In this document: piece after piece, positions 9,117 to 18,383 of the stretch | Position numbering within the stretch: position 1 is the first letter of the stretch | Layout of the letters: the number at the start of each line of letters is the position of its first letter | IMG/VR virus record: IMGVR_UViG_3300017917_004093 | Coordinates: 121-64,120 of that record | Reading direction: 5' to 3' (one strand) | DNA length: 64,000 bases | Source: a virus | Taxonomy: Duplodnaviria; Caudoviricetes | Program-made: the position numbers and the translations under genes | The notes under the pieces: model-generated | Seen by the model: only the letters and a program-made list of their open reading frames with translations | Databases searched by the model: none | What the model was told of the DNA's origin: nothing

Positions 9117-9807
9117 CCGGATTCAAGGCGGCTCGATACTGTATCAATCGTTGTGTCCACTCTTTACGCAAGGCCTGACTTTCCTGCGACTTGTATTTTT
9201 TCTTTATAGCACCCGGATCGCGATTGAGATAAGTCTCGTCGCAGTTTTGTCCGGTCATATCATATCTGTCATGATACACCGTGGGCTCAATTATTCGAAT
9301 GGCATGGGCCTCCATGCAGATGTGATGAATCCAGGAATCCACAGGTATTTCACCAACATAGCCAAAAATATCTAACCATGCACGTGGTATCAATGGAAAC
9401 AAACAAAACTTTGCTCTGTAATTTTCTGTGATCATGTGTAACATGCCTACAAAATCTTGATTGGCTTTGACATGATCGTCCCAACCTGCAGATTGCATAA
9501 CAGCATCGTCATTCCATATCAACAACCAATTACCTTGACTTTTTTCGGCCAGATGATTGTAGTATTTGTGCAGACATTGATAGCCCCACACAGGTGTTTG
9601 CAGAACCTGACATAGGGCACCCGATGATGATATGATTTGTACCCATTGTTCAGACTCAAAATACTGCTGGCTGACATCATCGTCCTGGTCATAGGCTATC
9701 ATAATTTCAATACAGCTGGGGTCGGCAGCTTTTTCCAACAGAGACTTTACACTTTTTTCTACAAGTTCAGTTCTTTTTCTAGTGGGTATGAGTACACTGA
9801 TGATCAT
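9103..9807 (-). CDS. glycosyltransferase family 2-like
   Basis: ISVLIPTR N-terminus, IAYDQDD, IWNDD; ATG 9807 overlaps the upstream stop. Confidence 0.75.
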   Translation of the reverse strand: MIISVLIPTRKRTELVEKSVKSLLEKAADPSCIEIMIAYDQDDDVSQQYFESEQWVQIISSSGALCQVLQTPVWGYQCLHKYYNHLAEKSQGNWLLIWNDDAVMQSAGWDDHVKANQDFVGMLHMITENYRAKFCLFPLIPRAWLDIFGYVGEIPVDSWIHHICMEAHAIRIIEPTVYHDRYDMTGQNCDETYLNRDPGAIKKKYKSQESQALRKEWTQRLIQYRAALNPVTDI

Positions 9808-10751
9808 ATTTTTACCCACTGTCTCATATGGGCCCAGCAACGACCATTTCTTAGGTCCGCAAAACTCCAGTGGCATTGACTGAGTTTTCGAATCCATTGT
9901 TCTCTGTCATGCAAAATAGGATTTTCTATCAAACTAAAGTCTGTATTGGCCACATCACCAGCCTGACAGAAGCCGGGGTCGTCGGTGATAAAACACGGTA
10001 TGCCTTCTATTGCGGCCACTGCACTTGGAGTTGAATTATGGCAAACCACGGCCCAGCAGTTTTTTAAATCTTCTGTGATGTGCTTTTCTTTGGGACTGAG
10101 CACAGCGTTGTACTTGGATAGATCTAGGTTGGCAGGGAAATTTTTCCAGTCGCCCGGGTGCCAACGCAAACGCAACGGACGGTCTGTGTGTTGTCTAATT
10201 TTTGCCACGGTGGCGTCCAGCCACTGCAACAAATTCATTCCTCGCATGCTCCAGCCCATGGGACGTTGCAAACAAATCAAAATGTGATTGCCTTTGGTTC
10301 TCCAGGGTGCCAGATCCATGTTGTAGTCTCTACGGATGTTGGACCAGTTTTCGTCTCTGGCATCTTCGTTGCAATATATCCCTGTTTTGGGAAATACACC
10401 ATTGAAACTGTAGCGTAGATACTTGTGCGGATTTTCTCTGTTTCGATAGATAAACACATTGGAGTCAATGCTAAGCCAGTATCTGTTACGACTGGCCTGA
10501 GTTTCCATGATCATCTTGCGAACTTTGTAGTGTGCAAGGCGTGTTTTGCTGGGATTGGCGTCAAATGCATTGCCGATAATAGCGCCAACATCACAGGGCT
10601 CGTATGTTTGAGACCAAGTGGTAGTGGCTGTATCCCCGTTTCTAGCTGCACCCTGAGCAAAGTAAGTTAGAGCATTTATTTTCTCATCGCCGTTGATGTG
10701 GCGGGGCAAGCTGCTGAGATAGCTTTTAACGATTAATGGTCGGTCTATCAT
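9804..10751 (-). CDS. capsule-polysaccharide synthesis (KpsS-like) GT-B protein
   Basis: ILICLQ, LRWHPGD, HNSTPSAVAAIEGIP. Confidence 0.55.
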   Translation of the reverse strand: MIDRPLIVKSYLSSLPRHINGDEKINALTYFAQGAARNGDTATTTWSQTYEPCDVGAIIGNAFDANPSKTRLAHYKVRKMIMETQASRNRYWLSIDSNVFIYRNRENPHKYLRYSFNGVFPKTGIYCNEDARDENWSNIRRDYNMDLAPWRTKGNHILICLQRPMGWSMRGMNLLQWLDATVAKIRQHTDRPLRLRWHPGDWKNFPANLDLSKYNAVLSPKEKHITEDLKNCWAVVCHNSTPSAVAAIEGIPCFITDDPGFCQAGDVANTDFSLIENPILHDREQWIRKLSQCHWSFADLRNGRCWAHMRQWVKI

Positions 10752-11820
10752 TGTTTTCTAACACCATTTTCCAAGCCTGCCCCAACAGCAGCTCACTCAA
10801 GCTAAACTGACTGTAGGCCACAGAACACAGCCATTTGTAAATTATATCTTCATCCAACATCAAAGGATTTTCTATGTTGGCAAGATCATTGTCGCACACA
10901 GGCGCTGCTGCTGTGGGTGCCAGCGCAAAGGCCGGAATACCATACTGTATGGCTTCCACAGCAGCAATACTATTGTAGGTTACCAATGCATATATGTCAT
11001 CGTCCAGTGCATCATATATGGTATTGTTGGTACGTTCATTGCGGCCGGCTTTTTCACGTATTACAATTTCCCTATCTGTATGTTGCTTGAGGGTTGCAAT
11101 GGTTTGTTGAATCCATTGATCGCGGTCGTGTCCATAATACTGAAAAGGTTTTTCTGTGCTCAATACCAGCAAAATCTTGCTACCAGTGCGCTTCCAACCT
11201 TTGTATTGCAAATTGGGATTGAACTTGACCAATTTTCGCCAGCGGTCGTCGGGCACATCCATGATACTATTGTGCTGCATGGCATTTTTAACTATACGGT
11301 GAAAAACTTTTCTTCCAGTGCGATTGTTTTCACAGCGATAGTTGCCCAGATATCCAGTTTCAATAAAATAATAATCGCGTCCTTGACTCTGAGCATGGTC
11401 CGCAATTTTACCGTTGGAAATGCCACGCAACAGCAGTGGGCCTGAAATTTTTTCGTGTTCTGTCCAGTATCGACTTTTGTCTAGGAACACACTTTCAGGA
11501 TAAGCAGCCATGATCATGGCAGCGTAGTCATTGAACTTGAGACAGCGATCTAGTTTTTCATTCAAAGAAATAATGTACTGAGCAAACCGTCTGTCAACTG
11601 ATTCTTCTTTTTGTCGCTTGAAATACAGCTTGGCGTTGGCAGCTTCTTCAGACTCGTTGATTTCAAAAAAAGTTTTTTCAATGGTTCTCAACTTTTTGAG
11701 TTGAGTTTGAAGTATCAGCGCATCTGAAACATTGTGCTTGAGAGCAGATTCAATAGTTCTGTGTTGAACCTGATAATTTTCGTTGGGCCAGCGTTCAACC
11801 AGGGCCACAGGCAATATCAT
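10726..11820 (-). CDS. capsule-polysaccharide synthesis (KpsS-like) GT-B protein
   Basis: IETGY, VIREK, TYNSIAAVEAIQYGIP. Confidence 0.55.
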   Translation of the reverse strand: MILPVALVERWPNENYQVQHRTIESALKHNVSDALILQTQLKKLRTIEKTFFEINESEEAANAKLYFKRQKEESVDRRFAQYIISLNEKLDRCLKFNDYAAMIMAAYPESVFLDKSRYWTEHEKISGPLLLRGISNGKIADHAQSQGRDYYFIETGYLGNYRCENNRTGRKVFHRIVKNAMQHNSIMDVPDDRWRKLVKFNPNLQYKGWKRTGSKILLVLSTEKPFQYYGHDRDQWIQQTIATLKQHTDREIVIREKAGRNERTNNTIYDALDDDIYALVTYNSIAAVEAIQYGIPAFALAPTAAAPVCDNDLANIENPLMLDEDIIYKWLCSVAYSQFSLSELLLGQAWKMVLENNDRPTINR

Positions 11821-12503
11821 TGATCAATCCTTTGTTGGCAGTATTCTGTGAACAGTCTTTCGCGGTGCCATTCATCGGCCTGCGGTGTATCTGCAAATTC
11901 GTGAAAGCAGGGTGTGCCCAATGTGTAGTGCAGTAGTTTAGCGTTGTGATCTGCTCCGTACTCGTCGGGCAACCAATTCCATTCGGGTGGTAGGCTACCA
12001 ATTCTGTTTTCGTCTACCCAAGAAAATCTGTGAAGATAACTGCCTGTGTTCTTTTGCACAAACTCAGGTGTGAGTTTTCTGTTTGGGAAACTTCCACAAT
12101 TCCACAGTATCACACTTGACCAATTTTTTCTAGGATAATCTTCGTTTTTGGCACCCAGGTACTTCACAGGCATCCGTGTTTTGTAATCGTGCTTGACCAC
12201 TTGCACATCCTTGTTGTACTCTCGCAGATTCCAAAGTTTTACAATATCGTCACGCACAATCATGTCGCCGTCAATAAAGATGGCATGTCCTTCAAAATTG
12301 CAAAGATGAGGCACTAAAAATCTACTGTAAATAAATTGATTGCTGCCATCAGTGTGTGTTTCTTTGTAATCTTGAAACAAGTTCAATGCCACAGGAACAA
12401 TGGCCACAGGCTGCGATGCATGTCTAATGATACTGTTCACGCAAACATGATAGGCAATGGCCTCGCGCGGATCGTATCCAATAAAGATAGGAATTGGCTT
12501 CAT
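11817..12503 (-). CDS. GT8-like glycosyltransferase
   Basis: IFIGYDPRE, SRFLVP, FIDGDM, YPRKNWSS, EWNWL, LHYTLGTP. Confidence 0.75.
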   Translation of the reverse strand: MKPIPIFIGYDPREAIAYHVCVNSIIRHASQPVAIVPVALNLFQDYKETHTDGSNQFIYSRFLVPHLCNFEGHAIFIDGDMIVRDDIVKLWNLREYNKDVQVVKHDYKTRMPVKYLGAKNEDYPRKNWSSVILWNCGSFPNRKLTPEFVQKNTGSYLHRFSWVDENRIGSLPPEWNWLPDEYGADHNAKLLHYTLGTPCFHEFADTPQADEWHRERLFTEYCQQRIDQ

Positions 12504-13264
12504 TGTCGTTGAATGTCATCTTCAATGCATTTGTCACCGTACTGAATTTCGATCAGTTTGAGTTCTTGATCAGTTTCGTTGCACAGCATGTGCCATTGAT
12601 TTCTGGCAATAAAAATATAATCGTGTTGATCAAATATGCCAATTTGATCTTGATCACTGCTCTTGTCAAGTGTGTATACAGCAGCTTGACCTTGGGCAAC
12701 AAACCAAAACTCTGCTCGTTGTTCGTGCCTCTGCATGCTAAGACAGGTTTTGGGTGCAACTGTGAGTTCTTTGAGTTTGGTAGCGGGTCCAACTTCGTGC
12801 AGCACTCGATAGTAGCCCCAGGTGCGCTCAGTTTTGGGTGCTTTCCATTCTTGCAGAATCCAGCTGCTGGAATTCTTTTTGTCCTCGCCACCCACACCAA
12901 ACACAAATTTGACTCTGGAATCAGTGATACGCATTTCGGGTATGTTTTCCCTGGTACGATCACCACCATTGGCAAAGATAATTTCATCATTGGGCCCGCA
13001 ATGCTCAAGCAGTTGCTCAATGGCATCGCAGCTGGAATTGTCGTCGTCATTGTAAACAATTGTGCCAGTGACATCTCGTAGGCTATTTACAACTGCTCTG
13101 CGCTCAGTCAGAGGCATAAAAGGCTGGCCTTTTTTACGAGTCAACCATGCATCGCTGTTTAGACCAACAATGAGTTGATCTCCTAGATTTTTTGCTGCTT
13201 TGAAATATTCAATGTGACCGCTGTGTATGGGGTCAAACCCGCCTGTGACCAGTACTATTTTCAT
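12500..13264 (-). CDS. cytidylyltransferase (TagD/RfaE-like) fused to a mannose-6-phosphate isomerase-type cupin
   Basis: TGGFDPIHSGH HxGH motif, GLNSD, ANGGDR, SSS; C-terminal RTWGYY, LSMQRH..RAEFW, IEIQYG..EDDI. Confidence 0.85.
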   Translation of the reverse strand: MKIVLVTGGFDPIHSGHIEYFKAAKNLGDQLIVGLNSDAWLTRKKGQPFMPLTERRAVVNSLRDVTGTIVYNDDDNSSCDAIEQLLEHCGPNDEIIFANGGDRTRENIPEMRITDSRVKFVFGVGGEDKKNSSSWILQEWKAPKTERTWGYYRVLHEVGPATKLKELTVAPKTCLSMQRHEQRAEFWFVAQGQAAVYTLDKSSDQDQIGIFDQHDYIFIARNQWHMLCNETDQELKLIEIQYGDKCIEDDIQRQ

Positions 13265-13269
13265 GAAGA

Positions 13270-13275
13270 TATTTA
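13270..13275 (-). promoter_or_regulatory. late-type promoter TAAATA heading the glycan operon
   Basis: TAAATA 5 nt before ATG 13264. Confidence 0.55.
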
Positions 13276-13288
13276 GTACCCTGTGGCA

Positions 13289-14044
13289 TCACTGTTGTCC
13301 AAACCAGGTCAAGCTTTTGTCTAACCAAGGCAAAACAAGTTCATCCTGTGCCACATGGCCGTGTCTGAGCACACTTTCGGCCGCGGTTTTGGGCAGTAGA
13401 CCTAGGTCTGCCAGGTCATACCAGCTGGTACTTTTGATATCCAGCGGAGCATGAGAGCTTTTGTAAACAGCCGCATGCAACCAAGGATCAGTAGGATTCT
13501 TGTAAAAGAATCCCGACGCACAGTCCCAACCCGACACAGCCAGCATGTGTATCAAGTTCACTATGCTGTAATGATAGTAACAGTGATCGGGCTGAACAAA
13601 AGACAGTTTTTTCTGGACGATATTTGCGGTTTGTGGCAGTATCAGAATCAACATGGCTCCAGGTTCGGCCACGTGCCACCATTTGGCCAAGGTACTAAGA
13701 GGTGACAGAGCATACTGAAATGCATCGTGGCACCACAAAACATCATAACCTTTTTTCTTTGGTTTGAAAATTTGATCTTCAAAATTGTTTTTTTGATAGG
13801 TAATGTTTTTGTATTTTCGAGCCACAGGTAGTTCTGCCAACAGATCCAATCCTGTACATTGTATATTCAGCGGTATGGGCTTTTCATCCCTGGTGGTTCT
13901 TGTGGCCCACCATTCAAGATCTAGTCCAGGGCCGCAGCCGATGTCCAGCAGTGTGTCAATGCTGCTCATAAAATCGTCATGCTCGTACAACCAGTTTAGT
14001 GTTTGCAAACTGTGTTGATGACTTTGTTCAGGATTTTTGAACAT
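13289..14044 (-). CDS. class I SAM-dependent methyltransferase
   Basis: LLDIGCGPG motif I, YDVLWCHDAFQY, EPGAMLIL. Confidence 0.8.
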   Translation of the reverse strand: MFKNPEQSHQHSLQTLNWLYEHDDFMSSIDTLLDIGCGPGLDLEWWATRTTRDEKPIPLNIQCTGLDLLAELPVARKYKNITYQKNNFEDQIFKPKKKGYDVLWCHDAFQYALSPLSTLAKWWHVAEPGAMLILILPQTANIVQKKLSFVQPDHCYYHYSIVNLIHMLAVSGWDCASGFFYKNPTDPWLHAAVYKSSHAPLDIKSTSWYDLADLGLLPKTAAESVLRHGHVAQDELVLPWLDKSLTWFGQQ

Positions 14045-14496
14045 TATACTGTGATGTCTTCCATGCCAGCAGTGCGCAGTCTAACAATGTGACCCATTTG
14101 CCACTGTTTGGTTTCAAGGCCTTTCATGATTCCCAACCACTTGTTTCTCAGCAGTGCTACTTCGTTGATTATGGTTTCAAAGTCAACTACTTCGTCTTCT
14201 CCGTCCACGTACTTTTCTGCATCTCTGCTGGTCAGTGCTCGTGCATAGGCTTCTAGATATTTTTGGAAATGCCGGCGGCGAATTTTTCTCAACTGAATAT
14301 TGAGAAAGTTTAGCACTGCTTCAATTTCTTGTAGCTGATTGAATCTGTGTTCTGTAATACCTGGCAATTCTTTGATGTTGCGTTCTACCAAGCCGCCGAT
14401 TCGACATTCAGACTTGGCTGACTCCAATTCACGCTCATAATGAGCAATGAAATCTGGAATCAACCCTAGGTCTGCAACAACTTTGCTATACCACAT
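14044..14496 (-). CDS. uvsY: UvsY recombination mediator-like protein
   Basis: helical 150 aa protein with YVDGEDEV and KQWQM..IVRLR; lies downstream of uvsX. Confidence 0.7.
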   Translation of the reverse strand: MWYSKVVADLGLIPDFIAHYERELESAKSECRIGGLVERNIKELPGITEHRFNQLQEIEAVLNFLNIQLRKIRRRHFQKYLEAYARALTSRDAEKYVDGEDEVVDFETIINEVALLRNKWLGIMKGLETKQWQMGHIVRLRTAGMEDITV

Positions 14497-14742
14497 TTAG
14501 TCTTCGTAGTCTTCGTAGTCGCTGTCATCATCGTATTCTTCTTCATCAACATTGTCAACAAGATAAGCAGCCAGTGCTTTCTTGAAGTCGCTGTCGCCTC
14601 TAAAAGCGTCTTTGATATCATCGGGACTACAATCATTGTCGATCAAAATATTGATCATATTTTCTGCTGCATCAACTCGATCCACTGTGTTAATGTAGGG
14701 TTTCAACTCGTCCCAAATCACTCTTGCCAGATCTGAATCCAT
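14497..14742 (-). CDS. small acidic hypothetical protein
   Basis: 81 aa with a D/E-rich tail, translationally coupled to uvsX. Confidence 0.65.
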   Translation of the reverse strand: MDSDLARVIWDELKPYINTVDRVDAAENMINILIDNDCSPDDIKDAFRGDSDFKKALAAYLVDNVDEEEYDDDSDYEDYED

Positions 14743-15797
14743 TACTCAGTTTCCTCCTCGGCTGTACTTACCTCTTCTTTGCGTTTTCCAAATTCTGACA
14801 TGACTACATCCAAACAACCGTTTTCGTTGCTTTCCCAGCCCTTACGGAAGAATTTCAAAATTTCGCCATCCAAAGTAGTATAAGCGAGTCGATTGCCGTC
14901 TTTCTTAAGGAAACCTTTTTTCTCAGCCAAGTCAACAAGACCTGAATATGGATTCATACCGGTTTCATAAGGGATCTTGACTTGTACGCCTTCAAACGGC
15001 TTGGCGTAGCGTGTTTTCATGACCTTACAAGCTGAACGAATGCCCATCACATCTGTAACTTTGTTACCGTCCTCATCCTCTTTGAGTTTGAGTTTTTTCA
15101 TTGCAACAACAATGCTAGATGCATAGATAAAACCCTGACCACCTGAAATCTTGTCATCTGGATCAAACATGTCCTGGCTAGCGTATGTGTGATTAGTACA
15201 AACTAAACCCACGTTATAGCTGCCAAACATGTTGACACAGTTACGAACCAGTGCTGTCAATGCTTTGGGCTTGCGGCCCAGGTCACCTTTTAAGTCGCCT
15301 GAATCAAATTGATTGATGTCAGTGGGCGTCAGCAACATGCCCAACGAGTCAATCACAAACAGCACCTTGGGTCGTTCGCCGTCGGGCAAAGCTTTATAGT
15401 CACTCATGAATGTTGAAATTGTTTTGGCCACATCATCAATCATGGCCATGCTCAACTTCAGCAGTTTGCTTTCGCTGGTATCCACGCCCAATGCCTTGAG
15501 CCAGTCTTCGTCCAAAGCGTTTTCTGAATCAATTAACACAACAAAGATACCTTGCTCTTGTGCGTTCTTGATAATGTTGCCAGAACAGATGTAGCTTTTG
15601 CCAGCACCCGATTCTCCGGCAAACACAGTGACCTTGCCCAAGGGAATCCCCCGGTTGAAGTCGCCTGAGATCAAATAGTTTAGGGCATAGTTGCCTGTTG
15701 AAACCCAGTCTGTGGGATCATTGAAGCCAATGCTGAGGCCGTCAATGCTTTTGGTAATTTCTTTGCGAAATTTTGAAACGTCAAATGGTTTGCCCAT
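14742..15797 (-). CDS. uvsX: UvsX/RecA-like recombinase
   Basis: GESGAGKS Walker A, IDSENA, VIDSLG, ISGGQG, KTRY. Confidence 0.92.
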   Translation of the reverse strand: MGKPFDVSKFRKEITKSIDGLSIGFNDPTDWVSTGNYALNYLISGDFNRGIPLGKVTVFAGESGAGKSYICSGNIIKNAQEQGIFVVLIDSENALDEDWLKALGVDTSESKLLKLSMAMIDDVAKTISTFMSDYKALPDGERPKVLFVIDSLGMLLTPTDINQFDSGDLKGDLGRKPKALTALVRNCVNMFGSYNVGLVCTNHTYASQDMFDPDDKISGGQGFIYASSIVVAMKKLKLKEDEDGNKVTDVMGIRSACKVMKTRYAKPFEGVQVKIPYETGMNPYSGLVDLAEKKGFLKKDGNRLAYTTLDGEILKFFRKGWESNENGCLDVVMSEFGKRKEEVSTAEEETE

Positions 15798-15798
15798 G

Positions 15799-16614
15799 TT
15801 ATTCCTCTATTAAAATTTTTTCTAGATGTCTGTGTTTATGCAGCAGCGTTCTAGCATGATCGATATTTGTAACTGTTCCCAAGGGAATTCGTCCATGTCC
15901 CAGAGCCCTATCTGTTGGATCATATCCGTGAGATCTAATCCAATCAAAAAAACCCTTGTTTTTGACCATGTTACAACCGTCAAAAGTCAAAGTTGCTTCA
16001 CCGCTATAATAATGTAAATTTTTGAAGTTTGCATAGTCAATTGGCAAATTATCCTCAAACAAGTCCAAAAATTCTTTACCTAATTCTGCGTAGTGTAAAA
16101 ACAAAGTTCCCGGTGCCAGTGCAAATTCAAAATTTTTGTAATCTTCTAGATCCAATGAAAATCGTCGATACTGATCTTTGTTAAAACTGATATACAGTTC
16201 ATCTAATTGCGATTTTTTTGATTCAACGCGATGTACAAAAAAATTCAAATTTCTAATAGCTTGTTTGAGGTCTGATGGCGCCACTGTCCACAATCTAGTT
16301 GGAGTATTGTAACCACCGGACAATCTTTCAAAAACTTCATGTAGACTATTAAAATAATCTTGTGTTTGATTCAACACAGGAAATTTTGTTTCTATTGCAT
16401 TTGGCAAATATTTGTTTATGGTAACAATACTTTGTTCTAGTAAATCAGCAGACTCTGGCAAAGACAACAAACTGGCAAAAGCTTCTTGTTGATTGAATTC
16501 GCAGTTATCCAGGCACCAACGGAGTTCTTTCAGCCACTTGTTTACAAATAGATTATTATGCAAATCAATGCTGAAGCAATCTCCGGTGGTACCCAGATAA
16601 ACCCACAACTTCAT
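15799..16614 (-). CDS. hypothetical protein, paralog of 3287..4144
   Basis: FNSLHEVFE, LNFFVHRVE, GTLFLHYAELGK, YYSGE. Confidence 0.7.
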   Translation of the reverse strand: MKLWVYLGTTGDCFSIDLHNNLFVNKWLKELRWCLDNCEFNQQEAFASLLSLPESADLLEQSIVTINKYLPNAIETKFPVLNQTQDYFNSLHEVFERLSGGYNTPTRLWTVAPSDLKQAIRNLNFFVHRVESKKSQLDELYISFNKDQYRRFSLDLEDYKNFEFALAPGTLFLHYAELGKEFLDLFEDNLPIDYANFKNLHYYSGEATLTFDGCNMVKNKGFFDWIRSHGYDPTDRALGHGRIPLGTVTNIDHARTLLHKHRHLEKILIEE

Positions 16615-16615
16615 T

Positions 16616-17626
16616 TTACTTTTGTTGTCGTGCCCGAATCATGGCCAAAATGTCTTCGGCTTTTTGTGTGGGCTTGCTGGCTGCCTGAACAGGTGCACTG
16701 GCCACAGCAGGTTCATCTTCTTCCCAAGCAGGAGTCGAAGGTTTCACTGCAGGCGCAGCAGGTTTTGCTGCAGGAGCTGCCTTGGGTGCATCTTCGTCGG
16801 CCTGATCAGTGGAGCTAGAGCTGCCACCGGGTGCTTGAACACCAGCAGGACGATAGTATTGACCCCAACGCTCAGTGTCATAGGGTTGACCATCAACGCT
16901 GGCTTCAAACATCTCTTTGATGACTTTTAGCTCAACATCGCCGGGACGCTTGGGCAAGAATGTGTTGAGATCAAACAAGCCGTGTGCTTCGATGGCAGCC
17001 TGTTCAGCTTCTGTGAGTGCCGATTCTTTGCGGCTCCACTTGGAGGTGCTGTAGTCAGCATACCCGCCTTTGCTGGTCTTGGTGATACGGAAGTCCAGAC
17101 CGCGCAGTGCGTCGGTGGGCAGTTCTTCAGTTTCGGGATCCATCAGCACAGCCTTGATTGTGGCAAACAGTTGCGGTCCAATGATGAACTTGCGGATTGG
17201 ATTGTCTGGAGTGGTGTCATCAGCCAAGGGATTCTCGCGAACAAAACCTTGCATGATATAGCTGCGCTTCTTCCAGTACTTGCGACCCATTTCTTCAAGA
17301 CTCTTGTCCTTGAACCAGGTGCGAACTTCGGCCAAGATTGGGCAAGCATTGGGTTCCCACATTTCCACGCAGGGAACTTGAACCATGACCTGTTTGCTAT
17401 CCATTTCGCCTTTGATGCCAGCGAACGGTAGTCGAATCATTTGACGCTCAACCCAGAAAAATGTGTTTTTGGAATTACCGTCTGGAAGGAAACGGATGGT
17501 GCAGGATTGACCTTCTTCCATGTTCCAGTGGGGATAAATTGACTTGTCTCCACCACCTGCGGATTGCCCGCCTTGTTTGTTTTCAGCTGCCTGTAAACGT
17601 GCTCGAATTTCTGCTAAAGATGCCAT
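16616..17626 (-). CDS. gp32-like single-stranded DNA-binding protein
   Basis: IRFLPD, CPIL, YWKKRSY, GLDFRITKT, YADYSTSKW, acidic/Ala-Pro tail; strong AAGGAG SD. Confidence 0.85.
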   Translation of the reverse strand: MASLAEIRARLQAAENKQGGQSAGGGDKSIYPHWNMEEGQSCTIRFLPDGNSKNTFFWVERQMIRLPFAGIKGEMDSKQVMVQVPCVEMWEPNACPILAEVRTWFKDKSLEEMGRKYWKKRSYIMQGFVRENPLADDTTPDNPIRKFIIGPQLFATIKAVLMDPETEELPTDALRGLDFRITKTSKGGYADYSTSKWSRKESALTEAEQAAIEAHGLFDLNTFLPKRPGDVELKVIKEMFEASVDGQPYDTERWGQYYRPAGVQAPGGSSSSTDQADEDAPKAAPAAKPAAPAVKPSTPAWEEDEPAVASAPVQAASKPTQKAEDILAMIRARQQK

Positions 17627-17705
17627 AGTATATTCTCCTTAAAGTGTTGCCTATGTATATGCTTGTAAATCTAAATTTTAGATGTTGCCTGTGCATACAC
17701 TGTGT

Positions 17706-17734
17706 AGTGTACGCGAAGTATTTAGCACAGTCAA
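17706..17734 (-). promoter_or_regulatory. sigma70-type promoter TTGACT-17-TACACT with nested late TAAATA (17724-17719)
   Basis: both motifs read directly upstream of the gp32 leader. Confidence 0.65.
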
Positions 17735-17747
17735 TGCAAAACGAAAT

Positions 17748-18383
17748 TTATTTTTGCCGGATCTCAATGTAGTAGATCTGGGTGTAGTGATTGGGGGTGT
17801 AATATTCGGGGCTGTTGAACACATCGGTTATGACCAGACCGGCTGCGTCAATGAATGGCTCAAACTCTTGTTCTCTGCGTAGAGATCCAGCTTGATTCTC
17901 TTGCAGCAGAATTACACCGCCGGGCAAAAGATGATGGCCAATGTACCGGAAAAAATCTTGATGTGCTTGCCAATCGGCATCAACAGCAATGCGTTGATAA
18001 TTATCGTCACCGGGGCACTCCAAAAAATGAGGTGGATTGGCTACAACCAAATCAAACTGCTCGTGATCGGGCATTTCTGAAACTGAGTCGATGGCATAAG
18101 CAGTGACCGTGGACAGTTGGTTCACAGCAATGGTTTCTTGCACACGCTGTATGGCTGGTTCATATATGTCGCTGACACACAATCCCCGACAGATGCCATG
18201 ATCTAACAAACCAAACCCTATGTAGGCTGGTCCGCTGCACCATTCATAGCAGCGTTGAAACTGCTTGGGATATCTTTGTTTGACAATTTTAATGTATTCT
18301 TGCCCGAACCATGTGCCACCACCGTCCATCCAGCTGTCATATTTGACTCTATATTTGTTTGCACCCGAAGTTATGAATTCCAT
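17748..18383 (-). CDS. SAM-dependent methyltransferase (NPP-motif, PrmC/MTS-like)
   Basis: EWCSGPAYIG, FDLVVANPPHF, LLPGGVILL. Confidence 0.75.
   Translation of the reverse strand: MEFITSGANKYRVKYDSWMDGGGTWFGQEYIKIVKQRYPKQFQRCYEWCSGPAYIGFGLLDHGICRGLCVSDIYEPAIQRVQETIAVNQLSTVTAYAIDSVSEMPDHEQFDLVVANPPHFLECPGDDNYQRIAVDADWQAHQDFFRYIGHHLLPGGVILLQENQAGSLRREQEFEPFIDAAGLVITDVFNSPEYYTPNHYTQIYYIEIRQK

Noticed and set aside
17748-18383. NPP-motif methyltransferase as a DNA methylase of a restriction-modification system
   Set aside because: Short, no target-recognition domain, no nuclease partner; a protein, RNA or small-molecule substrate is as likely
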